Of a DNA stretch of 64,000 nucleotides, positions 50,033 to 61,732 are shown piece after piece; position 1 is the stretch's first letter; each line of letters starts with the position of its first letter. The DNA is from Macrostomum lignano (taxonomy: Eukaryota): assembly GCA_002269645.1 (NCBI GenBank), contig NIVC01000446.1, positions 62,001 through 126,000 of the forward strand, given 5' to 3'. A model generated the notes under the pieces. It was not told the origin of the DNA. It saw only the letters and a list, made by a program, of their open reading frames with translations, and searched no databases. A program made the translations under genes and the position numbers.

Positions 50033-51752
50033 AAGTCTTCAATGTTCAAATTAGGCCCCCTACTAGGCTTATATTTCAAAACTAGCTATACCTAGTAGCT
50101 ATTCAAGGTTCCATAGCATAACAATTCAATTCAATTAAAGTTAGGCCTAAGGTACTTGGTAGCATAGGTATAGACTCATTGGACTACTAGTCTAGAGAGA
50201 GCAATTTATTTTATAGTAAGCAAATACATGCAAATAAAATAAAGAGACATTAGACAATATATGAATAGTACTAGGCCTAGCTATTGAATAGGATGGAAGT
50301 TGAAAATCTAGAATATAAAGCAGGATTACCAAAAGAAAAAACTGGCATTTAAAAGTTCCAAAAGAGCAAACTATTAACCAAAATTGATTATCACTATTAA
50401 AGAATTAAGAGTGTTTCAATTTTTATTTGACTTAGACTTAGAGGCAATATAGCTAAAAACTAAATATAGCTAAATATAGCTACAATTTTTGAACAACAGC
50501 CCCTGAATGGACTGAATGAATGAATAACCTGATTATTGATTGACTGAATGAATGAATGAATAGCCTTGCACTTGGCATCTACATTTGCTTTGTGCATTGT
50601 GAATATTAAAAATTAAATTCAGTGCGAAAAGAAATAACTTTAGACTGAGACTGAATATAAACACACTACGAGAAAGTTAAAAGAACAAATAGTTCTGTTC
50701 GTACAGATGTAGTAGAAACTTTGAAGAAGAAGCGCTGTGGGAGCCATCGCTGTAGTCCACATTTGCCGCGCAAAGAAAATTATACCCGGCAAGCCGTTTA
50801 CTTATTTTGGTTAGATCATTATTTTAATGCGAAGTAAAACAACAACAGAATGCATTATTAGAACCTATAAAAATAAAGATATCTTCATTAAAAAATATTG
50901 TGTATGGTCGTAAAAGTATTTGAATATATAAAACATAGAACACTTTTTTTCTGCCATGCATGTTCTTATAATCGGATTGCAATTATCGCAAGTCCCCAAT
51001 TTTAACTTGACTACTCATCAGTAGAATAAGACGGTTCTTAGGCACTTATCTAGATTGCAAGCTGATTGCACGAGCGAATTGCAATTTTTACAATTTTCCC
51101 AATTGAATTACAATTACAATAATTAATGAGCAATCCGGTCGTCTAGGGTGGCTCCGCTGATAAAAGGAAGCGCTAGCTCCGCTGACCCGTACACCCAAAT
51201 GGCAAATTTCAAACAGTCATATAAGCTAGTATATTAATTATAAGCTGTACAGCCAAGTTACATATACTTTAAAATACAGGTAAGCCTTAACGCTACCGAA
51301 ACTTTAATAATGCATTTCTCATCTGCATAATCTAAGGTAATCCTTGTGTAGTAAATTATTAGTTTTGTAGGTTCACTTAAGACAGAGACGACAGTTAAGA
51401 CCTAAGTAAGTTGAATATTGCAAAAGCACTGAAAGCAGACAGCAGTTCTTCAGGCCGAGTTCTGCCGCTTGTCTTTTCTACCCCACACCCAAGCTTGCCT
51501 TCTCGACGGGCTAAAAATAGCATCAAGTACGTATTGGGGCCCGGCTTGGCAGTGACGCTTAGCTGAATGTGGTGGGGTGGGTTACTAGAAAACGATATGC
51601 GTCTATTGCCTCTTCTTTCGTGACTTGTGCATAAGGGATCTTAGAACTACTAGATAGATCTAAATTTCTTTGGCTTGAGTCATAACGACTTTTAAAGTTA
51701 ATTTTAAAAAGAGCAGATATGTAATGCACCAAGTGTGGGTTACCATATAGGA

Positions 51753-51825
51753 GCCCGGATAGCTCAGTCGGTAGAGCATCAGACTTTTAATCTGAGGGTC
51801 CAGGGTTCGAGTCCCTGTTCGGGCG
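51753..51825 (+). tRNA. tRNA-Lys-TTT: tRNA-Lys(UUU), identical to 38977-39049
   Basis: Same 73-nt sequence; T7 terminator at 51830-51836. Confidence 0.98.
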
Positions 51826-51957
51826 GATATTTTTTTCGAATTTTTTTAAAGACAAAAAAAGTCTTGCAGTATATTGCACTCTAATACTATTAGTATTTCT
51901 CTCATTTTGGCTATTTTTCAGCGATTTCTAATTTTTTTCTCTGATGATGTCAAAACG

Positions 51958-52186
51958 ATGTGCCAGTTTAGTTTCGATTAGAATGGCACAAAGATATTCC
52001 AGTTTCGATTAGAATGGCACAAAGATATTCCAGTTTCGATTAGAATGGCACAAAGATATGTCAGTTTCGATTAGAATGGCACAAACACAAAGATATGCCA
52101 ATTGCCAATTTCGATTTGAATGACACAAAGACGTGCCAGTTTCGATTAAAATGGCACAAAGACGTGCCAGTTTCGATTAGAATGGC
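51958..52186 (+). repeat. ~31-32-bp repeat CCAGTTTCGATTAGAATGGCACAAAGATATT
   Basis: About 6-7 degenerate copies. Confidence 0.85.
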
Positions 52187-52754
52187 GCTTTAGTCCGAAG
52201 GAAAACAAAATGAGAAAATCATAGAAAAATCTGAACTAAGTAGCATAATAAGTTTTTTTTGTCCAAAGTATCGACACCAGTCAAAAAAGCCTTTACTCAG
52301 CAGGGTCAAATGAGTCAATGACATCTTATCTGTCTGAGCAAGGCGGGCAGGTCAAGCTCTCAAATGTCAGTCAGTATATTTTCGCCCAAAACCACACTAG
52401 TGTGTCTCTCTACTCTCAGATTTGCCCAATTTTAATTGCCAGAAAATAATAGTCAGCAAAATTTATTCCAAAGATATTACAGATCGAGTAAATTATTAAA
52501 ATGGGTGTTCGACAAAGAGATGGACAATCATAAACTATTGTTGCTTAGAAGTACACCTTGCGTTGCGCTTTAGTTAGTCAAGTTGGAAACTAAGAAGGCA
52601 AAGCAACAATAATAAAACGATTAAATTGCCTTCAAATATCATTTTAATTACACAAACTAAAAGAAGGCTTTTAGAACTGATTGCCTACTGTTGCTGGTAA
52701 TCAACTAACCAGTTGAAACAAAAGTTAAAGGCTTCTGTGCTGCTTGTATTTCTT

Positions 52755-55700
52755 TTACTTCTTAACAGCCGAAACAGTTTCTACGGCACTTTTCGCGTCA
52801 GACGATGAGGCACCGTTGGAGGCTGCAGCTGAGGTCAGGCAATAGGCACACAGCATGGCGTGACAGTTGTGACAGGAGTCGGCCTGGAATTGCGGCGGCG
52901 TGGGAGCTGCACTATGGGGTGTAGAAGCTGGACTATAGGGTGTAGAAGCTGGACTATGGGGTGTAGAAGTTGCACTACAGGATGTAGAAGCTACACTACA
53001 TGATGTAGACGCTACACTACAGGATGTAGAAGCTACACTACACGATGTAAAAGCTACACTACACGATGTAAAAGCTACACTACACGATGTAAAAGCTACA
53101 CTACAGGATGTAAAAGCTACACTACAGGATGTAAAAGCTACACTACAGGATGTAAAAGCTACACTACACGATGTAAAAGCTACACTACAGGATGTAAAAG
53201 CTACACTACACGATGTAAAAGCTACACTACAGGATGTAAAAGCTACACTACACGATGTAAAAGCTACACTACAGGATGTAAAAGCTACACTACACGATGT
53301 AAAAGCTACACTACAGGATGTAAAAGCTACACTACAGGATGTAAAAGCTACACTACAGGATGTAAAAGCTACACTACAGGATGTAAAAGCTACACTACAG
53401 GATGTAGAAGCTACACTACAGGATGTAAAAGCTACACTACAGGATGTAAAAGCTACACTACACGATGTAAAAGCTACACTACAGGATGTAAAAGCTACAC
53501 TACAGGATGTAAAAGCTACACTACAGGATGTAAAAGCTACACTACAGGATGTAAAAGCTACACTACAGGATGTAAAAGCTACACTACAGGATGTAAAAGC
53601 TACACTACAGGATGTAAAAGCTACACTACAGGATGTAAAAGCTACACTACAGGATGTAAAAGCTACACTACAGGATGTAGAAGCTACACTACAGGATGTA
53701 AAAGCTACACTACAGGATGTAAAAGCTACACTACAGGATGTAAAAGCTACACTACAGGATGTAGAAGCTACACTACAGGATGTAGGAGCTTACATTAGAC
53801 AATGTAGAAGCTAAATTAGACAATGTAGAAGCTACATTAGACAATGTAGAAGCTAAATTAGACAATGTAGAAGCTACATTAGACAATGTAGAAGTTACAT
53901 TATACAGGATGAAGAAGCTACATTAGACAATTAGAGATTATCCAGCTCATACAGGATGTAGAAGCTAAAATACGAGCAAATGGATGTGCAGTCTTAAGAT
54001 TAACCAGCCAGCTTAGCGCAGGTAAAACAAAGCCAAAACAAAACACGCACCTGCTTCTCCATTCGCCTGACTCGGGCCTCAATTTTGGCGGCTCGCCGGT
54101 CAGACTTTGGCGCCAGCGCGGCCAAATACGGAATCTCAGTGACGTGCTCGCGAATCGCGGACACCAGGTGGCTCTCTTCAACGGCCAGATCTTCCAGAGT
54201 TTCAGGACGCTGAAGACTGCCGCTACCGGTAGATCGCAGACTGGCCTGGTAAATTTTTATTATGCTTTGAAATGCTCGTTTCAATAATTTAATAAAAATC
54301 GAGATTATAATTAGACAAATGGTAGAGAGTCATACCTGGAACTTGTGACATATATTGAGGCTATTTTCTAGCAACAGAAGTTTGTTATATTTGATGGAGT
54401 CCTTGTCCAAATATGGATGTCGTCTGAGCACTTTCAGCAGGCGTTTGTAAGCCTGAAACAATTTAGGCTAGCTTTGTTTGAGTTTGTCGCTGATTGCAGA
54501 GTACTGATTGAGGTCATGAAGATGGTATAGGTTATGATAAAGATTAATAAGATAATTGAGATTATCTATAGATTGATAACTAAGATTTTTCTGGAGATTG
54601 ATTATTGAGATAATCGTAGAGATTGATAACTGAGATTACCTACAGATTGATAACTGAGATTATCTAGAGTTTGATAAGTGAGATTATCTAGAGTTTGATA
54701 AGTGAGATTATCTAGAGTCTAGAGATTGATAATTAGGATTATCTAGAGATCATAACTGAGGTTATCTAGAGTTTGATAACTGAGATTATCTAGAAATTGA
54801 TAAGTGAGATTATCTAGAGATTGATAAGGGAGATTACCTCGAGATTGATAAGTGAGATTATCTAGAGACTGATAAGGGAGATTACCTCGAGATTGATAAG
54901 TGAGATTGTGTAGAGATTGATAAGAAAGATTGTCTAGAGATTGATAAGTGAGACTATCTAGAGATTGATAAAAAGACGCAATCTGTCACCTGTTTCTCCG
55001 AGTACCGCGAGTACACACTCTGCAGTCGGTTGCGAGAAACAGTTACTGACGAAGGTTCAGTCGATGCGGCGGTGATGTCGCCAGTCAACGGAATCTGAGC
55101 TGTCGAAGAAACCGATTCTGGCCCGCCGGCTCCGACAACGCCCACAGACACTGCGGTGGCGATTGACTGCTGAACACCCCGACGCTGTTGTTGAACTGTC
55201 GCTGCCGCTGGTGTACGACGAGCTTGCAGACTCTGCCGACGGGCAACGCCGCCGAACTGATGCTGATCAATAACTGCCGACGATGAAGGATGACGCTGCA
55301 GTTTGTCGACAGCGCCAGTGGCATTGTCAAGAGCGCCGGCGCCAGCTGACGGCGCCAATTCGACAATAGGCGCATCGTGGGCTTCCAAGGAGGCGGCCCA
55401 TTCGTCGAAGCTTAGGTCGAATTTCTCGCGACCATCTGACCAGGGGCTGATGCCGCCGAGTGCCCGTTTGGCCGCGCTGACACCCAGCAGCTCCTCGGGC
55501 GTCAGGGTGCAGCTGCTGGAAGACAGGCGCTTGCGCGAGGTCAGCGGCCGGCTCCACACAATGAGGGCTGGCGTGTCCGACCTGCGATTTGGGCATTGTC
55601 AGGGGCCAATCAGGTGACTGAGTTGGGTGTCAGTAGCTAATCAGGTGACTGAGTCGGGTGCCAGTGAGCAATTAGGTGACTGTGTCAGGGGCCAATCATG

Positions 55701-56543
55701 TGACTCAGTTGGTGTCAGTGAGCAATTGGGTGACTGAGTCACTCTCAAGGGCCAATCAAGTGACTGAGTTGGGTGTCAGGGGCCAATCAGGTGACTGAGT
55801 TGGGTGTCAGTGAGCAATTAGGTGACTGAGTTGGGTGTCAGTGAGCAATTAGGTGACTGAGTCACTGTCAGGGGCCAATCAGGTGACTGAGTTGGGTGTC
55901 AGTGAGCAATTAGGTGACTGAGTCACTGTCAGGGGCCAATCAGGTGACTGAGTTGGGTGTCAGTGAGCAATTAGGTGACTGAGTCACTGTCAGGGGCCAA
56001 TCAGGTGACTGAGTTGGGTGTCAGTGAGCAATTAGGTGACTGAGTCACTCTCAAGGGCCAATCAAGTGACTGAGTTGGGTGTCAGGGGCCAATCAGGTGA
56101 CTGAGTTGGGTGTCAGTGAGCAATTAGGTGACTGAGTTGGGTGTCAGTGAGCAATTAGGTGACTGAGTCACTGTCAGGGGCCAATCATATGACTGAATTG
56201 GCTATCACTGACTAATCATGTGATGTGACTAAGTCGGGTATCAATGGCCAATTATGTGACTGAATCACCTGTCACTGACCAATCACTGTGACTAAGTTGG
56301 GTGTCAATGACCAAAAAGAGTTTAAGTCAATTATAAAAATAGAAATAATGTAGACAAAACTTACTTTGAGCTTGGTACCACATACACTTGTGTTTTTCTG
56401 CTATCATAGTTAGAAGGTATTGCTCCAATTGTCTTTGTACTAGGCATATTTTCACTACTAGCAAAATGCTTTGCTTTGATACTATCCAATGTAAATTGAG
56501 CCAATAGTGGATCTGAATTTGGCTGCAACAACTGGGTCTCCAT
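52755..56543 (-). CDS. Unidentified 5-exon gene, ~403 aa; exons 56543-56365, 55581-54990, 54452-54336, 54245-54051, 52883-52755
   Basis: All junctions GT-AG, phases 2,0,0,0, total 1212 nt ending in TAA. The AG acceptor 1 nt before the ATG (56544) means further 5' exons or trans-splicing are possible. No family recognised. Confidence 0.7.
52908..53935 (+). repeat. Intronic 21-bp minisatellite CTACACTACA(G/C)GATGTA(A/G)AAG
   Basis: Direct repetition; fills the last intron of the minus-strand gene. Confidence 0.96.
54540..54970 (+). repeat. Intronic ~24-bp degenerate repeat GAGATTGATAAGTGAGATTATCTA
   Basis: Direct repetition; TGATAA in most units. Confidence 0.85.
55597..56310 (+). repeat. Intronic 30/31-bp dimeric (61-bp) repeat with CCAAT and TGAGTCA motifs
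   Basis: 61-bp period at 55871, 55932 and 55993. Confidence 0.9.
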
Positions 56544-57759
56544 GCTGACTAATTATCATGCAATATTAAACAATATCAACATTTTCTTGAAAATATAAAT
56601 TTAATTTCCAATATTAACATTGACAATAAAATATATAGAAAGGAAAAGGCTTTATTCACTTTTAAATTATACCTTATTTAGTTGCCTTGGCATTATGCAT
56701 TTTGACGTAACAAAATAAATTTGATAACTACTTAGGCCTAGTCTAAAATCTAGGTTTAGGCACAGAATACTAAAATAGCTAGATGGGCCACTTAGGCATA
56801 TATACTTAGTTAGTATACAATAGCTTTATACTTTTAGTTTATTAATATTTAGTCTAATAGCAAAGAAGAATACATAAAATATTTTTTAAAATAAAGGGAA
56901 CTAAATTTATTTTTATAAGTTTAGAGTCCAGTCTTTTAGGTATAAACAACTTGTTAATTGGTTCAACAATAATGTACATAACGTAGGCCAGTCTACTAAA
57001 ATGTACATAGCAGTGACAGCTTTGAGCTAGAATTCCAAAGGAAGAGGCTATAAAAATTAAAATTGGGGCAGACAAAGAAGGTAGGCCTCGTGTAGAAAGG
57101 CACAGTTGGAGCCAATGGCAATGGAGGGTTTAAGTTTAAGCTAGGGGGGGGGGGTAAAAGCCAAGAAAATAATCATTGGCTTTAAAAATACATTAAAATG
57201 CTTACTGTTTGTCTGTTTAACTTATAACTTATTATAAAATCTTTCATCCTATGCTTTGTGAATAGAAGCATCGTTTAACTTTAATTTCTGGCATACAGGA
57301 TGATCAAAATTTCGAAACTTAGAGAGGCAGGCAGGATTAAACTTAATTTTGGGCTTTGCTTCACAGCTTCAGGCTCATCTATCAGCAGCTTTATTCAATG
57401 ACCTACATTGTCACATGGAGTTAATACAACGTGTAGACGTCACGAGCCTAATTAAGGTATTCAATGTATTGACTAAATAATTGGTACTCGCAAAGCAAAG
57501 AACTAATTGCACAATAAAGGTCAGCTTTTTATACTCTTGTGGGCTTAAAATTAGCTTATTTTTAGAGTTGTTTTGTTTTTCTTACCAAAGCAATTTTAAT
57601 TTTCAAGTCGTTGTCTTCTAGGCCCTATTGTTCTTTTTTCTGCGAATTAAACTATCTAGGCCCTACCACCGCCTCTCCTCACATTCACATATTAATATTA
57701 AATTTATGATATGTGAAAATTGTAAATGTATACGATTCAATATAATACACCAAGACTTA

Positions 57760-57990
57760 TGTATGGCAAGTATTGGCTTGTGCTGCTAATGGCCCACAAG
57801 ATGTGGACTCTTGCTTGACTCTCAGCTCTTGATGAGTTGTCAACAAACTGGACTCCACCTCGTGGCTTTAGCTGCAAAGCTAGAGTCTCAGAACATTGTT
57901 CACAAACCCAAGAATTCCTCAGGAGCCCATACGTGGCCAACAAGCAAATAGTTGGGCCTTCCAGCCAGTTGCAGAGTTGGCAAATGGGCT
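57760..57990 (-). pseudogene. Possible Merlin/IS1595-like transposase N-terminal fragment
   Basis: With one restored base: LFAWLATYGLLRNSWVCEQCSETLAL, resembling the W(L)..GLL....C..C...L zinc-ribbon start of ISXO2-like transposases; no DDE part found. Confidence 0.35.
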
Positions 57991-58749
57991 GAACCTGAAA
58001 GTTTGAAAAAAACTGAAAAATAATTTAATGCAGTAAACTATGAAGGAAATTGCCTTCAATTATTTTTATAAGTATTATATTCTATATAGGCTCTATCTTT
58101 ATCTTATTGTAGTTAGTGTTTTTGTTTTTAAAGATAGGCCTAGTAAATTTGTTGATTAAAAATTGGTTTGCATAGGCCTAGTATAGGACCTACTTAATCG
58201 CAATTAAAAGTACTAATGCTAAACTTTTTCATACTAATAAAAAGTAGAGTTTGCTAGTGTTTTATTGTTATTTATTAATATTATGTATATTCTCTAAGTT
58301 TCTAAGTTGATAATATAGTTAACTAAAGTATCTTTGTTTTACTCTACCTGTTTCTAATATTTTTTTAATTTTTTAAATTAATTACTATAGCTATGGGAAT
58401 CTACAGAATATGACAGCAACTAGGCCATACTATATTTCCATAGTTGTAGCCATAAGAGCAGCTAGCTAGCTACTGTAGGCATATCTGTAGCTACTATAGG
58501 CACCTATTTTACCAAATTTGCCATAGGATCTTATAGCTATAGCCCTCTTATAGCTATGGCAGAACACTAGTTTAACAGGTTTAATTCTTTGTACTAGTTG
58601 TTGCAAAAGTCTTTTCAGTGATGTTAAAATGCATATAAATAGAAAACCATACATGTTAAGGCCTACTAGCTAAGCTAGCCCATTTAGCCAGCTATAAAGC
58701 AATATAATCTAAGGTTTTGGCTAGCATTTCAGATCAATCTGACCATTTT

Positions 58750-59501
58750 ATTGTGAGATAAAGGTAAAAAGGCACTAGATTGCCAATGCTATCTTGCTAT
58801 ATACAGATATTAAACCCAAGGATGTCATGACAATAGTAAACTGTACTAAAAGAATAGTATACAATATCCCAACATCAATAAGTGAATAGTCAATGGAGTT
58901 GAAGATACTTTAAAAGACAAGCCTAAGACTGGCCGACCAGTAGTAGTAAGCAATTCTGAGTTTCAAGATGCCATTTTTGAGAATCCAAGGCATTTAGTAG
59001 TGAGTCTAAGACAAGAATTCAATGTCTACAAGTTGACCACCTTGAGAAACATGAAAAAGCTTGGTGGCAAGTCCCTTGCAGTGCAAGAGAGGCCTCTGCT
59101 AGGTGACATAATGTGGCAGAACCATCTAGAAAGAGCAAGCCTACTTCTAAACAATTTGAAATTAGCCCCTGTTAGACATATCATCATTTTCAGCAACAAG
59201 AAGAACTTTGACATAGATCCTGCTTGAAACTGCAATGACAGATTCATCAAGCTTGAAGAGAATGTTCCAAAGTCAGGGTCAATCAGGTTTATCTCAACAA
59301 CTAAGTACCCCTTAAGTGTAATGATGCTTGGTGTCATAGTGTCAAATGGCTGCATCTGCTCACTGGTATGGTTTCCTTACTATTAGATACCAACTGAGTA
59401 AAGCAAAGTACATAAATGTTTGCCAGCAAAATCAAGCCGTGGATTGATGCCAACTTCCTAGATAGAAATTATGTATTTCAACAAGATAGAATACCTGCAT
59501 A
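58750..59501 (+). mobile_element. Decayed Tc1/mariner (maT, DD37D-like) transposase, 5' half
   Basis: PKDVMTIVNCTKRIVYNI, TGRP, RPLL, IIIFS[N][K]KNFDIDP, TK[Y]P.SVMMLGV..SNG, VWFP, IKPWI, NYVFQQD; stops and frameshifts present. Confidence 0.85.
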
Positions 59502-59699
59502 CATACATGCGCAACTGCTGGCCGATCCGGCCACCGTAAATCGTGGCTGACCAGGGGTAAGTCGCAAAATTGAGTCAACCAAAAACAGAAAAACACAAGA
59601 AACAAGAAAGGCAAGAGGAAAGCGAAAGAAATAGCAGTTCAGGGAAAATGGTGAAGCAAAAAAAAAATTCGCAAAAGAAGCAAACTAAGTTGTAAAAAT

Positions 59700-60235
59700 A
59701 ATCAGGTAAGTCGCAAAAAGAATCAGGTAAGTCGCAAAAGGGTTAGGTAAGTCGCAAAAAGGATTAGGTAAGTCGCAAAAGGGTTAGGTAAGTCGCAAAA
59801 GGGTTAGGTAAGTCGCAAAAAGGATTAGGTAAGTCGCAAAAAGGATAGGTAAGTCGCAAAAGGATTAGGTAAGTCGCAAAAAGGATTAGGTAAGTCGCAA
59901 AAAGGATAGGTAAGTCGCAAAAGGATTAGGTAAGTCGCAAAAGGATTAGGTAAGTCGCAAAAAGGATTAGGTAAGTCGCAAAAGGGTTAGGTAAGTCGCA
60001 AAAAGGATTAGGTAAGTCACAAAGGGTTAGGTAAGTCGCAAAAGGGTTAGGTAAGTCGCAAAAGGGTTAGGTAAGTCGCAAAAAGGATTAGGTAAGTCGC
60101 AAAAGGGTTAGGTAAGTCGCAAAAGGGTTAGGTAAGTCGCAAAAAGGATTAGGTAAGTCGCAAAAAGGATTAGGTAAGTCGCAAAAAGGATTAGGTAAGT
60201 CGCAAAAAGAAGCAACTAAGTCGCAATAAGAGGGA
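59700..60235 (+). repeat. 21-22-bp minisatellite TAAGTCGCAAAA(A)GG(A/G)TTAGG inside the hAT element
   Basis: Direct repetition; the core TAAGTCGCA also occurs singly at ~59557, ~61666 and ~61690. Confidence 0.95.
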
Positions 60236-60384
60236 AGTAAGTCACAATCAGAGGCAATCAGGGGGTAGTAGGTGCAAGTGTGGCAGGAGAGCAAAAACAG
60301 AATAGAAGCCTTCAACCACAGACAAGATCTTTGAAATCAGAAGCCCGCGTCAACAGTTTCCCATTGATTTCTTAAACTCTGGAG

Positions 60385-60440
60385 CAGGGGTTGGCAAACT
60401 CCGGCTCGCGAAGCCCCTCTATCTGGCCCTCGCCCTCGGG
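60385..60440 (+). mobile_element. Solo left end of a Charlie-like hAT (CAGGGGTTGGCAAACT...)
   Basis: Typical hAT terminus plus CGGCTCGCG and CTGGCCC motifs; no matching right end found. Confidence 0.4.
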
Positions 60441-60469
60441 TTCTTTGAAACTTCCTAACCAGCAAGGTT

Positions 60470-61150
60470 GGTGTCTCTTCAACTCTCATCTCTCTCTTCT
60501 TCTCTACCTTGCCTCCCCTCTTCTCTCTCTCCCCCTTTTCCCTCTTCTCTCTCCTCTCATTTTTACTCTCCTCTCTTCTCCCCCTTTCTCTCTACCCTTT
60601 CTCCTCAATGCCCTCTTCTCTCCTCTTATCTTAAGCAAAAATATGTGCATAATTTCTTACTTCAAAGTAGAGGGAATAGAAGATTAGAGATAAGCAAACA
60701 GAGGAGAGGCGAGCGATGCGATGGGAGAAAAGATAGAAGAGGAGAGAAAAGCTGAGGGAGGAAAAAGAGATGAGAGAGAAGAGGAGATTAGAGGAAAGAG
60801 GAAAGAAAAGATGATGGATGAGATCAGAAGAGAGGAAAGAGGAAAGAGGAGAGAGTAGATGAGAGAAGAGAGGATAAAGAGGAGATGAGAGGAGAGTGAA
60901 GAGAGGAGAGATGAGAGAGTAGAAAAGAGAAGAGAGATAAGATGAGAGAGTAGAGTGGAGAGAGACGAGAGCGAAGATAAGATGAGAGAGTAGAGTGGAA
61001 TGGAGAGACGAGAGAAGAGATAAGAATGTAGAGAGGAGACAGAAGAGATAGGAGAGGAGAGGAAAGAGAGGAGAGAGGAGAGGAAAGAGAGAAGGGATAA
61101 GGGATGAGAGAGAAAAGAAAAAGAGGATGAGAAGAATGAGGAATGGAGAG
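60470..61150. repeat. Low-complexity polypyrimidine (60470-60630) then polypurine (60670-61150) tracts
   Basis: Composition. Confidence 0.85.
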
Positions 61151-61732
61151 AATTTGCAAAGGCCTCAAATCTTAGTTTAACATGCATTACTCCCATATTT
61201 GCCTTTTTCCTAACTGTTAACAAGTTTTTGTTTGAGCATGACTTCAAATTTAGAATCTATGCAAAAATAGTTCCGGGAATTAGAATTCAGTGGTTTAAAA
61301 ATCTGTGGGTTTTCACAGCTTGTATCTCTACTGGATTCGTATTCTGCATCTGATGAGCCATCTGAATCAGGGCTCTCATCTTCCATGCCAAATCGTCTAG
61401 CAAATCGTTCTTGAGCTATAGGTCACACTGTATTCACTTCACTTACTTCGGGACATTCATGAATCATGACTTTTGTAGTATGCTCACTACACTGTACTGA
61501 CAATTTACTAATTGCTTCATGCCGCCACTAGATGACTGATTAGCTGTTATAAAAACGCGGAATCTGCACGCAGCACTAATTAGCTGGCGAGGCATTTAGC
61601 TTTAAAAATATGGTCATAGTTACTCCTGCCGTTTACCTAAAGTTTTTGCTTGGCTCTTTCATAGGTAAGTCGCATTTTTTATCGAAAACTAAGTCGCACG
61701 GCCAGCGTAATTTCAGAAGTTGCACATGTATG

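Larger units (their letters stand above)
43684..51148 (-). mobile_element. Full-length CACTA/EnSpm (CMC superfamily) DNA transposon, 7465 bp
   Basis: TIRs CCCTAGTCGACCGAAATT (43684) and, as reverse complement at 51148, CCCTAGACGACCGGATT; 2-bp TSD TG (43682-83, 51149-50); subterminal ATTGCAAT/AATTG repeats at both ends; two same-strand ORFs. Removing it restores a 25-bp tandem duplicate. Confidence 0.92.
59502..61732. mobile_element. 2231-bp non-autonomous hAT-type element inserted in the maT transposase
   Basis: TIRs CATACATGCGCAACT (59502-59516) and AGTTGCACATGTATG (61718-61732), 14/15 match; perfect 8-bp TSD CCTGCATA (59494-59501, 61733-61740). Confidence 0.88.

Noticed and set aside
50705-50762. 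ATG-initiated mini-exon as shared leader for the CACTA ORFs
   Set aside because: Weak donor, and joining it to 48874 creates TAA.
57369-57458. Plus-strand AG/GT-bounded 30-codon segment LQAHLSAALFND...
   Set aside because: No partner exons or recognisable homology; insufficient support.
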